From: Nitrospirota bacterium
GTDB lineage: Bacteria; Nitrospirota; UBA9217
Length of the DNA: 64,000 nucleotides
Direction of reading: 5' to 3'
NCBI GenBank assembly: GCA_963751455.1
Contig: CAVVUN010000012.1
Coordinates: forward strand, 288,001 to 352,000
The notes beneath the pieces were generated by a model. That model made no database searches and was not told the DNA's origin. It saw only the letters and a list, made by a program, of their open reading frames with translations. Shown here piece by piece: positions 10,339-21,032 of this stretch. The translations under genes were made by a program, and so were the position numbers. Every line of letters starts with the position of its first letter. Position 1 is the first letter of the stretch.

Positions 10339-11649
10339 TCATGCTGCTTTTTCGGCTTTTTTTATTCTGGATACCAGCACCTTGTCCACACGCCTGCCGT
10401 CCATGTCCACCACTTCAAACTTTAACCCTTTCCAGACGAAATGCTGGCCTTCGGAAGGCACCGCGCCGATCCTGGCCATCACAAAACCTCCGAGTGTGTT
10501 CATCCCCGCTCTTTCTTCTTCTTTTATATCTCCTGTCTCCAGAAAATCCGTTAATTCGTCCAGCGGCAGACTCCCGACCATGAGCCAGGACCCGTCTTCC
10601 CGGGTGATAATGTCTTTTCCTCCCTCTGCCGCCTCTTCGACGTCTTCAAATACCGAGCGCAGGATGTCTTCGACCGTTACAAGCCCCAGAATTCCGCCAT
10701 ATTCATCCACGACGAAGGCAATACGCGTTCCTGATTTCTTAAACAGCTCAAGGACCTTGATGGCGAGAGTGGTTTCCGAAACGAACAGCGGCTTCCTGCT
10801 GATTTCCTTCACATTGATGGGCTTTGCCTCCATGGTCAGGGAGAGCAGGTCTTTGCCGCTGACAACACCCAGAATATTATCGAGCGTATCCGCTGCTACG
10901 GGGAAAAATGAATATCTGTGGCGCGCAATAGTGTGCTTTGTCACTTCCTCGCTTTCGTTGACGTCGAGCCATACAATGTCGGTTCTCGGCGTCATCAAGA
11001 CCGCCACCCGGCGGTCGGCCAGTCGAAAGACCCGTTCGATCATGTCCTGCTCGAATTCGTGAAACGTCCCGGCCTGAGTCCCCTGGTCGATCAGCAATTT
11101 TATTTCCTCTTCGGTTACGGACGGTTCCGCAGGCCGCTTCATGCGAAAAATGCGGAGCAGGAGATTTGTAGATCCGCTCAGCAGTATCACAAGCGGATTC
11201 ACGGCCCGTGAAAAACGCCTTATGGGCGGAGCGATCAAGCGGGCAATCCTTTCAGGATTGTTCAGGGCAACGCGTTTCGGCACCAGTTCGCCGATGATCA
11301 GGGACAAGTAGGTGATGGAAACGACCACGATTCCTACACTGATCGCCTGGCTGTACGGCGAAAGAATGGGGATAGCCGATACATACCGGTCCAGAATATG
11401 CGCGAGCGTGGCGCCTCCGAAAGCGCCCGCCGCAATGCCTATGAAGGTGATGCCGACCTGGATGGTGGACAGAAAGCTGTCGGGCGAATTGGCAAGCTCC
11501 AATGCGACACGCGCCCTGGCGTCTCCCTGCCTGGCCCATTGCTCCAGCCGGGCTTTGCGGGAGGATACGATTGCGAATTCGGACAGCGCGAACACGCCGT
11601 TTAAAAAAAGCATGAACACAATGATGGAAATTTCGAGTCCCAGAGACAT
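10339..11649 (-). CDS. Hemolysin/CorC-HlyC (CNNM-CBS) family membrane protein
   Basis: LNGVFALSEFAIVSSRK, FLSTIQVGIT, GELVPK, CBS pair, FEVVDMDGRRVDKV; likely start MSLG. Confidence 0.9.
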   Translation of the reverse strand: MSLGLEISIIVFMLFLNGVFALSEFAIVSSRKARLEQWARQGDARARVALELANSPDSFLSTIQVGITFIGIAAGAFGGATLAHILDRYVSAIPILSPYSQAISVGIVVVSITYLSLIIGELVPKRVALNNPERIARLIAPPIRRFSRAVNPLVILLSGSTNLLLRIFRMKRPAEPSVTEEEIKLLIDQGTQAGTFHEFEQDMIERVFRLADRRVAVLMTPRTDIVWLDVNESEEVTKHTIARHRYSFFPVAADTLDNILGVVSGKDLLSLTMEAKPINVKEISRKPLFVSETTLAIKVLELFKKSGTRIAFVVDEYGGILGLVTVEDILRSVFEDVEEAAEGGKDIITREDGSWLMVGSLPLDELTDFLETGDIKEEERAGMNTLGGFVMARIGAVPSEGQHFVWKGLKFEVVDMDGRRVDKVLVSRIKKAEKAA

Positions 11650-11884
11650 CTGACCTGTTCCCTTCTGTCTACAAATTACTTCCAACAGGAAAGCCTTGTC
11701 AATAATTCTAAAGATATTGATGAGCGGGATATCCGTTTTCGCAACCCTCAATTACGAATTGATACTTTTTATTGCGGAGCGCTTTTCCTCATACCCGGGT
11801 TAAATTTCACTTCTTTGAAAAGAGTTATAATTTATATAGTGTTGCCAGAATATAACGGATAAACACTCTTTCGAGGTGAATATA

Positions 11885-14593
11885 ATGCCGGTTGTTATTG
11901 CGGAAAAACCAGAAGTGATACGGGTGGTGCTGAAAGACGGCCACACATTCAAAATGAGGCCGATGACCCGGGACGACCGTGAGAAGATGCGGAATCTGTT
12001 TTATCGGTTGAGCCCTCAGACCCGCTATCTTCGGTTCGGCCATGTGAAGGAGCATATCAGCGAGCAAGAGCTTGACTATTTTACGAACATACATCTCCCG
12101 GAGACATGTGCGTACGTAGGTTTGAGCGGCGAGGGCGAAAACGAGCAAATCCGGGCTGTAGGCAGGTGGCACCTGGCGCCGGACAAAAGCACGGCAGAGA
12201 TAGCCTTTACGGTTGAGGACAACATTCAGGCCAGGGGCATTGGTACGGCTCTGCTCGAAAAGCTCGCGGAAACGGCGCTCAAGTACCGCATTAAAAAGCT
12301 CGTCGCCCACGTCCTGCCCGAAAACAAGCGCATGCTCGGCGTTTTTGAAGAAAGCGGGTTCAGCATGAGCAGAAGGATGCACGAAGGCTACGTTGAGCTG
12401 ACCTTCGACCTCGAGCGCCAGGAGGAGTTCTCGAAGCGGCAGGCGGTCCGCGAACACCTTGCAGGCTCGCTCGGCATGCGCAGGATGATGTACCCCCGGA
12501 CGGTCGCGGTCATCGGCGCGTCCCGTGACCCGGACAGCGTCGGCGGAAAGATATTCCGCAACCTGCTGTACTGTAATTTCCAGGGCGCGGCATTTCCCGT
12601 CAACCCGAACGCATCATCCGTGAACGGGGTCCTCAGTTACCCTGCAGTCTCCAATATTCCCGGCGACCTCGATCTCGCCGTGATCGTGCTGCCCGCGGCA
12701 AAGGTCCTTGATGCCGTGGATGAATGCGGCAGAAGGGGAATCTCGAGCATCATCGTCATTTCCGCGGGCTTCCGGGAAAGCGGTCCCGAGGGCAGGGAGC
12801 GGCAGCGCCTGCTCCGGGAGAAAGTGCTCTCCTACGGCATGCGGTGCATCGGACCGAACTGCCTTGGGATCATGAACACGGACCCGACGGTCAACCTGAA
12901 CGCGACCTTCGCGCGGACGTGGCCGCCCCGCGGCAATCTGAGCATCAGCTCTCACAGCGGGGCGCTCGGCCTGGCGCTGCTCGATTACGTTAAAAGCAAT
13001 AACCTGGGCATCGCCCATTTCGCAAGCATCGGGAACCGGATGGATGTATCCTCGAACGATGTGCTCGAGTTCTGGGAGGACGATGATAACACCGGAGTCA
13101 TCCTGCTGTATCTCGAAAGCTTCGGCAATCCGCGCCGGTTCAGCCGCATCGCCCGCCGCGTCTCGAGAAAAAAGCCTATAGTCGCGGTAAAGGCGGGCCG
13201 CAGCGAGGTCGGAGGCAGGGCGGCCAGTTCCCATACGGGAGCGCTTGCGGCTGCTGATGTTGCGGTCGACGCGCTCTTCAAGCAGGCTGGTGTTATCAGA
13301 GTGACTACGATCGAAGAGATGTTCAATGTTTCAAAACTGCTGGCGAACCAGCCCCTGCTCCAGGGCAGGAATATCGGAATTCTATCGAATGCGGGCGGGC
13401 CGGGCGTTCTCGCGGCGGATGCCGTCATCAACTCAGGACTGGCTGTTCCGGCGCTGTCAGCGGAGACCAGGGCGAAGCTTGCAGCGTTTCTGCCGAAAGA
13501 AGCTGCCCTGGCGAACCCGGTAGATATTATCGCTTCGGCAACCGGCGAGCAGTTCGAGAAGGCGCTCGGGATCATGCTCGAGGACAGTTCTTTGGATGCG
13601 GTCCTCGTCATTAATATACCGCTCAGGGAACCGGAAGAAATAGCGGCAGCCGTAAGAAAGAGCATGAACGCATACCAGGGGGAAAAACCGGTCATCGCGA
13701 GCTTCATGATGTCGGACACTGCGGGCATCGATTTGCGCTATGCCGAAAGTTCCGTCGTTCCCGTTTATATGTTCCCGGAGGATGGCGTCCAGGCCCTGGC
13801 GCTTGCGTGGCATTATGCTCTCTTCCGGCAGCGTGAAGAAGGCCGGATCCCCGAATTGCCGGATATCAACGAGGATAACGCCAGGCACTATCTGAGTTCT
13901 CACGGAGCGCTGCCGACCGAGGGAGGATGGCTCGCGCCCGAGGTTGCCCTCGGACTTCTCGAGATGTACGGGATTCCGGTTGCGAATACGAAGACGGCCG
14001 CCGAGCCTGATGCCGCTGCAGGGCTTGCCCGTGAGCTCGGGTTCCCGGTCGCGATGAAACTGCGCTCCACAACCTTGACGCATAAAACGGATGTCGGCGG
14101 GATCGAGCTCAACCTGCAGAACGCGGAGGAGGTGCGGACGGCGTTTATGAAGATGCGGGACCGCCTGGCTGCTGCCGGGCAGGAGAAGGCCATGGAAGGC
14201 GTGATCATCCAGCCGATGCTGAAGGGCGGCCAGGAGGTGATCATCGGGATGTCCCAGGACCCGCTTTTCGGGCCGCTGATCATGGTTGGAATCGGCGGCG
14301 TGCATGTCGAGCTGATCAAGGACATTGCCTTCTCTCTTCACCCGCTTACCGACAAAGATCCGGACTATATGCTGGCGCAGTTGAAAGGCCTTCCGCTGCT
14401 CACCGGCTGGCGAGGAAGCAAACCGAAGGACGTCAACGCGCTGAAAGAAGTGCTGCTGCGCTTCTCCGCGTTGATCGACGATTTTCCTGAAACCGTCGAA
14501 ATGGAAATCAACCCGGTTATGGTCTTCGATGAGGGGCGGGGATGCTCAGCAGTCGATACCCGCATTTTCATGAGGGGGGAAAAGAGGCGGTAG
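11885..14593 (+). CDS. GNAT + NDP-forming acyl-CoA synthetase fusion (Pat-type protein lysine acetyltransferase, GNAT N-terminal)
   Basis: N-terminal GNAT (AEIAFTVEDNIQARGIGT), CoA-binding VIGASR, GPNCLG, ASSHTGAL, ATP-grasp HKTDVGG and EINP. Confidence 0.88.
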   Translation: MPVVIAEKPEVIRVVLKDGHTFKMRPMTRDDREKMRNLFYRLSPQTRYLRFGHVKEHISEQELDYFTNIHLPETCAYVGLSGEGENEQIRAVGRWHLAPDKSTAEIAFTVEDNIQARGIGTALLEKLAETALKYRIKKLVAHVLPENKRMLGVFEESGFSMSRRMHEGYVELTFDLERQEEFSKRQAVREHLAGSLGMRRMMYPRTVAVIGASRDPDSVGGKIFRNLLYCNFQGAAFPVNPNASSVNGVLSYPAVSNIPGDLDLAVIVLPAAKVLDAVDECGRRGISSIIVISAGFRESGPEGRERQRLLREKVLSYGMRCIGPNCLGIMNTDPTVNLNATFARTWPPRGNLSISSHSGALGLALLDYVKSNNLGIAHFASIGNRMDVSSNDVLEFWEDDDNTGVILLYLESFGNPRRFSRIARRVSRKKPIVAVKAGRSEVGGRAASSHTGALAAADVAVDALFKQAGVIRVTTIEEMFNVSKLLANQPLLQGRNIGILSNAGGPGVLAADAVINSGLAVPALSAETRAKLAAFLPKEAALANPVDIIASATGEQFEKALGIMLEDSSLDAVLVINIPLREPEEIAAAVRKSMNAYQGEKPVIASFMMSDTAGIDLRYAESSVVPVYMFPEDGVQALALAWHYALFRQREEGRIPELPDINEDNARHYLSSHGALPTEGGWLAPEVALGLLEMYGIPVANTKTAAEPDAAAGLARELGFPVAMKLRSTTLTHKTDVGGIELNLQNAEEVRTAFMKMRDRLAAAGQEKAMEGVIIQPMLKGGQEVIIGMSQDPLFGPLIMVGIGGVHVELIKDIAFSLHPLTDKDPDYMLAQLKGLPLLTGWRGSKPKDVNALKEVLLRFSALIDDFPETVEMEINPVMVFDEGRGCSAVDTRIFMRGEKRR

Positions 14594-14595
14594 CT

Positions 14596-15117
14596 TTATT
14601 TCAGAATCCCATTCAATATGCCCTGCAGGTCTTCCGCCTCATAGGGCTTCTTGAGGAAGGCCTGGAACCCCTGCGTGCGATAATTCGAAAAAGCCGCATC
14701 ATCCGAGTAGCCGCTCGATACGACCGCTTTTACGCCGGGATCGATTTCCAGGAGCTTTCGGAGCGTCTCAATACCGCCCATCCCGCCCCGGATGGTGAGG
14801 TCCAGGATGACTGCATCGAACGGCGCGCCTGCATCACGTGCGGCCCGATAGGCCTCCAGCGCTTCTTTGCCCGCTTCTGCAAAAGCCACCTCATGCCCTA
14901 AGGCGGTCAGCAATTCTCCTGTAACCAACCGGACTATCTCCTCGTCATCCATTACCAGTATCCTGGCCTGCCCGGTCGCGGCCTGCTGTTCTGAACTGCC
15001 CGACGGACGAGCGGTCCTGCTTCGGCCCGCGCCGCCTCCTGCACCGGTCCGTTTGGCGCCTGTCGGTCCCTTGGCGTCAGTGCTTTTCTTTTGTTCGATC
15101 TTGCCCGTATCTTTCAT
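14596..15117 (-). CDS. Single-domain response regulator (receiver) with disordered N-terminal extension
   Basis: ILVMDDE, VILDLT, SSGYS, KPY. Confidence 0.85.
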   Translation of the reverse strand: MKDTGKIEQKKSTDAKGPTGAKRTGAGGGAGRSRTARPSGSSEQQAATGQARILVMDDEEIVRLVTGELLTALGHEVAFAEAGKEALEAYRAARDAGAPFDAVILDLTIRGGMGGIETLRKLLEIDPGVKAVVSSGYSDDAAFSNYRTQGFQAFLKKPYEAEDLQGILNGILK

Positions 15118-15303
15118 GTATCCTCACTGTTACCGCGAAGCCTGGAAATTCCAGGAGAAAGAAGATAATGCCAGTGCGACTATATCATAAAGAACGGATT
15201 CGGTAGAAGAAGAAAGACCTGGCCCTTTCGGACGCAACCATATGGCGGATCTCTCTCCGAAGAGAGGGATTAGAGGAAAAGGATAAATTCTATCGGTGAG
15301 ATT

Positions 15304-16404
15304 TTATGATTTGCTCATTTTACCGCCGAATATCTCCACAATTTTATTTACCAAAGCCGGCAGCGAGGGGTCGCGCGCGCCCATGATAAGAATACAGTCT
15401 TCAGGTTTTGCATCGAGTTTTAATCTGGTCAATAAGTCATCGCGGCTGGTGAGCGCTTGTGCATTGAATGCCGCGGGACCAAGGCCGTTTATGATATCTT
15501 CCGAGGAAATATTTTTTTGCGCCGTGCCTCCCGCATAATCCTAAAAACGGCATTTGAACACGGATGAACACGGTAACAGCGGATCAAAACAATGTGATAG
15601 AGCAAAAAGCCATCTCGCCTTTTGGGTGAATCCATTACTGTTCGTAACTTCCTATAAATCCGTGTTGATCAGATTTTATCCGTGTCCAACTGCTTTTTTC
15701 AGGATAATAGATCGGGAGGAGATAGAGTGAATCATTTGGCCGGAACGCGGTTCGAAAAGTTTCGATGTATTCGTCTTTCAAAAACCGTGTAGGGCCGAAG
15801 CCATGCGGCTGATATACGGCCAGGATGCGTCCGGAAAGGCCTCGGGCTGCCCGAACAACAGCCGCTATTTTTGCCGGATTATGGGCAAAGTCATCAACCA
15901 CATGCACGTTCGCTTTTGTTGCGGTGACGGAAAATCGCCGGGCCACACCCTCATAATTTTTTACCGCATGCGCAAGGGCAGACGGCTCACAAGCGAAATA
16001 CTCGCATACGCAGAGCGCAGCGCACAGGTTTTCAAGATTGTGCTCTCCGGGAAGCGGCAGATGATACTCAGTGCCGCTCCTGAATAATTTGACCAAAGTC
16101 GGGAGGAGTTGCTCCCGGTCCGGCCGCCACGAACCCGAACCGTTTCGGCCGAAGCGCACGGTTGCAGGAAGCGAAGCAAGGACCGGATCGTCGGCGTTGG
16201 AGGCCGTCCAGGAAGATTGCGAAGCCAGCGTTTTGAAGAGTTTCGCGATGTCCTCAATGCTTTTGTGGTCCTTGGAAACATTCAGGATGACGGCCGCTTG
16301 CGGACGATATTTGACCACGGTTCCATCGCTTTCGTCCGCCTCCACCACCAGGAGGTCGGACCCGCCGCTATAAGCGTTTCCGATAAGGCCCTCTTTTTCG
16401 AGCC
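15304..16404 (-). pseudogene. 5'-truncated, MITE-interrupted duplicate of the 3' part of the murC/mpl-like gene at 32952-34871
   Basis: Aligns by eye to 32952-33883 (VEADESD, DDFAHNP, YQPHGF, MGARDPSL); lacks 5' half; interrupted at 15540-15703. Confidence 0.92.
15540..15703. mobile_element. 164-bp MITE, CCT...AGG termini, 5-bp target duplication ATAAT
   Basis: Empty site visible in the intact paralog (ccgc-ATAAT-agatc at ~33183); here ATAAT flanks both ends. Confidence 0.93.
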
Positions 16405-16428
16405 GTCGATTGCGCTGATATTAATATT

Positions 16429-18564
16429 TCAACCGATTCCTGGAATCCGCAAGGCTCGGTAAACCCAGAGCGCTTCATGAACGAGTACGGCGCTTAACGT
16501 ATGTGAATCAGGTTTCACATCCTTTGGAACGGTGAAAGAGTACTCCATCAATTGATCCTTGCACGGACCGATTTGTTTAAAAACAATGCGATGACTTACT
16601 TTTTCAGTTAGGCGAATCGCAACAACCGGTGAGCTTTTTGTGGACCAGACAGTATCGTTACAATCATTCACTCGCAGACAAACAACTACTTTTGCCCCTG
16701 CTCGGAGTTCGGATGGCCCCTCAAGCGATAGACGATACGCATTTTCAACCCAAAATTCGATCGGTCCGCAGACCTCGCACTCTCGCTGGATAAGGAGATT
16801 GCCGAGAGACAAGAGATGAGTAGCGGTTTCCCTAACAGTATGACCTGGCAAACATTGTGCCTCTGCCAGACAGGAATGTGAATGTAAGCCGGCATCAGCG
16901 ATAGATCGCCATAAAGCACCCCGACCTTCCCCAATAAACAGCATTTCGCAAAACAGAGTAGCCGCCAGTTCGTCCCACTGCCGAAATCCGAACTGAAGCG
17001 GATTGAGAAGTCGGCCGAGCTCGGGGTGCCACAAAAGCGAACGTTGGCAGCTTCGCACTAAATTCAGTCCTGCTTGCGCTGTTTCACTTATTTCACGGCT
17101 GATCTCTGCCATTCCGGCAAGTAACTCCTGACCGCTATTCGAGCCACTCAATTCCTTAGCGTAATGACGACGAACTGCTCGCTCCACTATGTTTGCATAT
17201 CCCGTTCGATCCAAATAGTGTAGCAACATGCTTGCTAATTTCTCCAACTCGTGACCACAGTTTCTTAGTTTAATTTCTCCGGGCTCGGCACTCTCCGTTA
17301 TAATAACGGCGCCGGTCGAGCCTCCTTGAATTACCGTTTGATCTTTAAGGCCTATTGTAGCAGCTAGGGGAGTTCCGGCTAGTTCAGATGGAAGAGCGAA
17401 TAGCTTAACCTTGGTCGATTGTGAATGCCACTTAGCTTCTTTATTGCCTAAGAGTTGTATTGATGGAGCAGGTCCGCAAGCATCGCCGAAAAGGACGTAT
17501 GGTCTTCTGCCTGTTGCACTCTCCTGAAAATCGTTCAGAAGGCATGCTATCTGTCCAAGTCCGACATTGTCCATTGAAAGAGAGTGACCAAGGGTAAGAT
17601 AATATTCGCTCAGTTCTGAGTTGCACCTGGTGGCAAGAAACGCTGCGGGAAAACCTTCGGCTATTGCAATTACGCTGTTTAGATCCGATGGGTAGAGTTC
17701 TCCGCCGAGCGCAAATCCACCGCATGAATGCAGCAGCAGGTTTCGGGCACTTAAATCCCCGAAGCCAATCGAAGTACGCGTACCAGCCGGTGCGCGCTTG
17801 CATTTACGAGTACCCAAGCCACTACAACCGTTAATAGGCCGATTATCAAGTAATCTTTCCGAGCTTATGCCGGCCCCGCAGAGGACAAGATTGCCTAGCT
17901 TAGCATGCCCGAATGTGCCGTGCGCGAAGACACTTAAGACATTCCAACTAGATTCCCGAATCCAGCGTCGAGCCTCATCCTCCATCCAGAGTATTTCATT
18001 GCAGCCGCTGGAAGTCCATCGTGACATTTTTTCTCGATCGAAATCTATCTCAGCTGAGTCAGGCCAATGAGCGTATTTAGCCAAATAGATCTTGGCCAAT
18101 GAAAAACTTAGACCCTCACTGTCAATTGCAGTAATTATACTCCAGGGACGCCGAAAGTGGACTGCCAATTGTTCAACTTGTGCAAAAGGGAAGTCATCGC
18201 GTAAACCTACGAGAACTGCTGAATCCCACACCGCAGCTTCAACTGAAAGCCAATTTTGTACTTTGGCAACGGGACGCTCCAACAACTGGGCATAGAACCT
18301 GACGATGCCGCTTAGTGCATCGTTTATGAAAAAAATCGGATTTCTATCATTTGTTCTCTTTCTTGGAGCGTCTATTTCACCCTTTTCCACCTGTTCTGAA
18401 GCAATATACCATTTTAAAATAGACTCCCAACGTGCAGATCGACCATCTTTCGGTCGCAGCACCATGGGTCCTCTCGCCGTGCCCTTCTTGAGCTGCTCTT
18501 CGAACGCAGTATGTCTTTCAGTCCAAGTAACCTTGTTGCTCATAACTTTGTCTTTAGTCATCAC
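16429..18564 (-). CDS. 711-aa protein with probable clan CD (caspase/CHAT/gingipain C25-like) His-Cys peptidase domain
   Basis: Beta-strand-preceded VFAHG and LLLHSC motifs and later YVLFGD; the rest is unrecognised. Confidence 0.5.
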   Translation of the reverse strand: MMTKDKVMSNKVTWTERHTAFEEQLKKGTARGPMVLRPKDGRSARWESILKWYIASEQVEKGEIDAPRKRTNDRNPIFFINDALSGIVRFYAQLLERPVAKVQNWLSVEAAVWDSAVLVGLRDDFPFAQVEQLAVHFRRPWSIITAIDSEGLSFSLAKIYLAKYAHWPDSAEIDFDREKMSRWTSSGCNEILWMEDEARRWIRESSWNVLSVFAHGTFGHAKLGNLVLCGAGISSERLLDNRPINGCSGLGTRKCKRAPAGTRTSIGFGDLSARNLLLHSCGGFALGGELYPSDLNSVIAIAEGFPAAFLATRCNSELSEYYLTLGHSLSMDNVGLGQIACLLNDFQESATGRRPYVLFGDACGPAPSIQLLGNKEAKWHSQSTKVKLFALPSELAGTPLAATIGLKDQTVIQGGSTGAVIITESAEPGEIKLRNCGHELEKLASMLLHYLDRTGYANIVERAVRRHYAKELSGSNSGQELLAGMAEISREISETAQAGLNLVRSCQRSLLWHPELGRLLNPLQFGFRQWDELAATLFCEMLFIGEGRGALWRSIADAGLHSHSCLAEAQCLPGHTVRETATHLLSLGNLLIQRECEVCGPIEFWVENAYRLSLEGPSELRAGAKVVVCLRVNDCNDTVWSTKSSPVVAIRLTEKVSHRIVFKQIGPCKDQLMEYSFTVPKDVKPDSHTLSAVLVHEALWVYRALRIPGIG

Positions 18565-19492
18565 CCATCTCTCTATTTTTTACCAGATCGTTCCTTAACT
18601 CCAAAAGGTTTTCAACTTGCTTTTGGTCTTCGCGAGATAAGATAGGGATACGGGTCAGTTTCTCCAACTCTTCCTCTCGATCAAGCAGCCCGAAGCGTAT
18701 CCGCTCGGCTATGTAATCGATCAATATCCGGGGGGCGTGACCGCCGTTCCGCAGCAAAATGTTATAGATACCATAACTGGCCATCAAACAATCAGAATCA
18801 TAGGGTCCGACACCAGGGTCCTCCCAGGGCAGTTCAGCGATTGCACGCTCTATATCCCTCTTTGTAAGAGAATATGCCGCGACTACTCGAATGAAAGTCG
18901 GATCTTTCTGATCTATACAACTCCAGTTCTTGGGAGTATCACCTCCCGTAAAGATGGCTTTGGCGCCATAGCGTTGAGCAACAGTTCTGAAAACTGGAAG
19001 CTTCCACGCAGTCTTGCACGTTTGGCCACAGACTGAACTGCCTTGAATAATCATCTCCCGGAAGGCCTTGTAGGGATAGGAATGGATAAGCAGCCAATCA
19101 ACTTTTAGAAAATCGATAATAGAATTAATATTGGCTCTTGTCTTCACGTTTTTCATGCCTTGGTCCACGGTGAACGCCAGAACTTTGAGCCCTCTCTCAA
19201 CAAGCAGCTTCAGCGCTACCGCACTATCCTTACCGCCTGAAAACGCCAAAATAGCATCGTACTCCGCAGTCTTTGCCTCTTTTAGTGCCTCCTCGAATTC
19301 GCTCATGAGCACTTGAGGATCGATAGGCCTCTCGACGAGAGCAGCACACTGCAAACAGAGAAAGCGTCCCTTCGTTTCAACGAACTTTAATTTATTGTCC
19401 ATTCCCTCCCGGTAGATACAGATTTCACACATTCGACCGCCAGGCAGTGTTGCAGAAATAGTTCCGTTCAGCATTTTTGATTTAGACTCCAT
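18554..19492 (-). CDS. PP-loop (N-type ATP pyrophosphatase) protein, WbpG/WbuX-like amidotransferase architecture
   Basis: N-terminal CxxC...CxxC, AILAFSGGKDS, CxxxC, C-terminal IRFGLLDREE. Confidence 0.75.
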   Translation of the reverse strand: MESKSKMLNGTISATLPGGRMCEICIYREGMDNKLKFVETKGRFLCLQCAALVERPIDPQVLMSEFEEALKEAKTAEYDAILAFSGGKDSAVALKLLVERGLKVLAFTVDQGMKNVKTRANINSIIDFLKVDWLLIHSYPYKAFREMIIQGSSVCGQTCKTAWKLPVFRTVAQRYGAKAIFTGGDTPKNWSCIDQKDPTFIRVVAAYSLTKRDIERAIAELPWEDPGVGPYDSDCLMASYGIYNILLRNGGHAPRILIDYIAERIRFGLLDREEELEKLTRIPILSREDQKQVENLLELRNDLVKNREMGDD

Positions 19493-19520
19493 GACTTTTC
19501 AAGTTCAGAATTTGACTTCA

Positions 19521-21032
19521 TTAAATGCAGTAGGTTCTTAGTTCATCGAGAGCACGACGAGCTTCAATCCGATCATCGAAAGCGAAACGCCGGCCGCTCA
19601 CGAGCTGATAAGTTTCATGTCCCTTGCCGGCAATTAAAACCACCCCTTTTGATCCGGCCCGCATGATTCCCATCCGAATAGCAGCAGCGCGGTCAGTCTC
19701 AACTTCATACTTAAGATTGAGTTGAGACGTTGCTGATAGGTTTGCTTCACTCACTCCGGATAAAATTTCCTCTATTATTGCCCGGGGATCCTCGCACCTT
19801 GGATTATCAGATGTAATAATTACGTGATCGCTAAGATTACATGCGATTGCACCCATCAACGGTCGCTTACTGCGATCGCAGTCGCCTCCGCACCCAAAGA
19901 CGGTCACTAGTTTGCTATTTCCGGATAATGCCCGCAAGGAACCGCATACGTTTTCAAGTGCATCAGGCGTATGGGCATAATCAATAAAAACTCGCGGACC
20001 ATTGACTCCCTGCACCAGTACTCGTTCGAGCCTGCCTGGCACACCATGAAAAGTCGCTATGGCCTCCGCGGACGAATTTAGATCAACACCGAGAGCAAGT
20101 GTTGCGCTGACAGCTGCCATAATATTGTAAACGTTGTAAATGCCGGTCATAGGCGAGACGATGTGAACACTATTAAACCCTTCCGCATCAAGCTGGAACT
20201 TCAACTGCTCTAACGTCATCCCAAGTTTTGACGCCCTTATTGTGGCCCGCCTCTCAATTCCGTACGTCATGAAACGCGAGCTGACCCGCTCAACTAAATG
20301 CCGGCCCCAGAGATCATCTATGTTAATCACCGCCAAAGCTTTAGTCGGAAGCATTTGGAACAACCGTGCCTTTGCCTCGAAATAGGCATCCATGGTGCCG
20401 TGATAATTCAAGTGATCTCGAGTTAAATTTGTAAAAATACCGATTCCGAAGTGAAGGCCATCCACACGATGCTGGCAAAGTGAGTGGGAGGATACTTCAA
20501 TTGCCGCCGTGTTTTGTCCCGTAACACGCATAGCCTCCAGGCATGCATGAATCTCTATGGCTTCGGGAGTAGTGATGCCGCCGTAGAAGGTTTGATTTCC
20601 GACAACCCAATCAACGCTGCCGATCATGCCGCAGCCACGATTGACATGGTTGAGAATATGCCGAATAAGATAACCCGTTGTAGTTTTGCCATTAGTTCCG
20701 GTAATGCCGACAATATCCATCATTAAACTGGGATGGTTATAATAGGCTGAACAGAGGTGTCCAAGTGCTTGACGTGGATTGTTAGCGATAATATGGGGGA
20801 GTTTTGGAGAAAATCGTTTTTTCGCTAAAATTGCGACAGCTCCGTTCCTCACCGCTTGGGATATGGCTGCTAAATAATTTTTATTGTTTTCGTCAGTCGC
20901 AGTGAAAATGAAACCCGGTTCCACGCTACGGGAGTCCAGAGCTATACCGAGAATATCAACATTTGCCGAATTAGTGATGGTAATGTCTGGATAGGACGCG
21001 CTTAGGCGATTAATGAGCGTGTTGAAATTCAT
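19521..21032 (-). CDS. murE: MurE-like Mur ligase (island-borne paralog)
   Basis: DSRSV, GTNGKTT, NLTRDHL, DYAHTPD, FGCGGD, DNPR, AGKGHE; not in a dcw cluster. Confidence 0.88.
   Translation of the reverse strand: MNFNTLINRLSASYPDITITNSANVDILGIALDSRSVEPGFIFTATDENNKNYLAAISQAVRNGAVAILAKKRFSPKLPHIIANNPRQALGHLCSAYYNHPSLMMDIVGITGTNGKTTTGYLIRHILNHVNRGCGMIGSVDWVVGNQTFYGGITTPEAIEIHACLEAMRVTGQNTAAIEVSSHSLCQHRVDGLHFGIGIFTNLTRDHLNYHGTMDAYFEAKARLFQMLPTKALAVINIDDLWGRHLVERVSSRFMTYGIERRATIRASKLGMTLEQLKFQLDAEGFNSVHIVSPMTGIYNVYNIMAAVSATLALGVDLNSSAEAIATFHGVPGRLERVLVQGVNGPRVFIDYAHTPDALENVCGSLRALSGNSKLVTVFGCGGDCDRSKRPLMGAIACNLSDHVIITSDNPRCEDPRAIIEEILSGVSEANLSATSQLNLKYEVETDRAAAIRMGIMRAGSKGVVLIAGKGHETYQLVSGRRFAFDDRIEARRALDELRTYCI

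Noticed and set aside
15635-16348. 237-aa MurC-like ORF as a functional gene
   Set aside because: Lacks the N-terminal and ATP-binding parts, and its C-terminus (YPEKSSW...) is read from the inserted MITE
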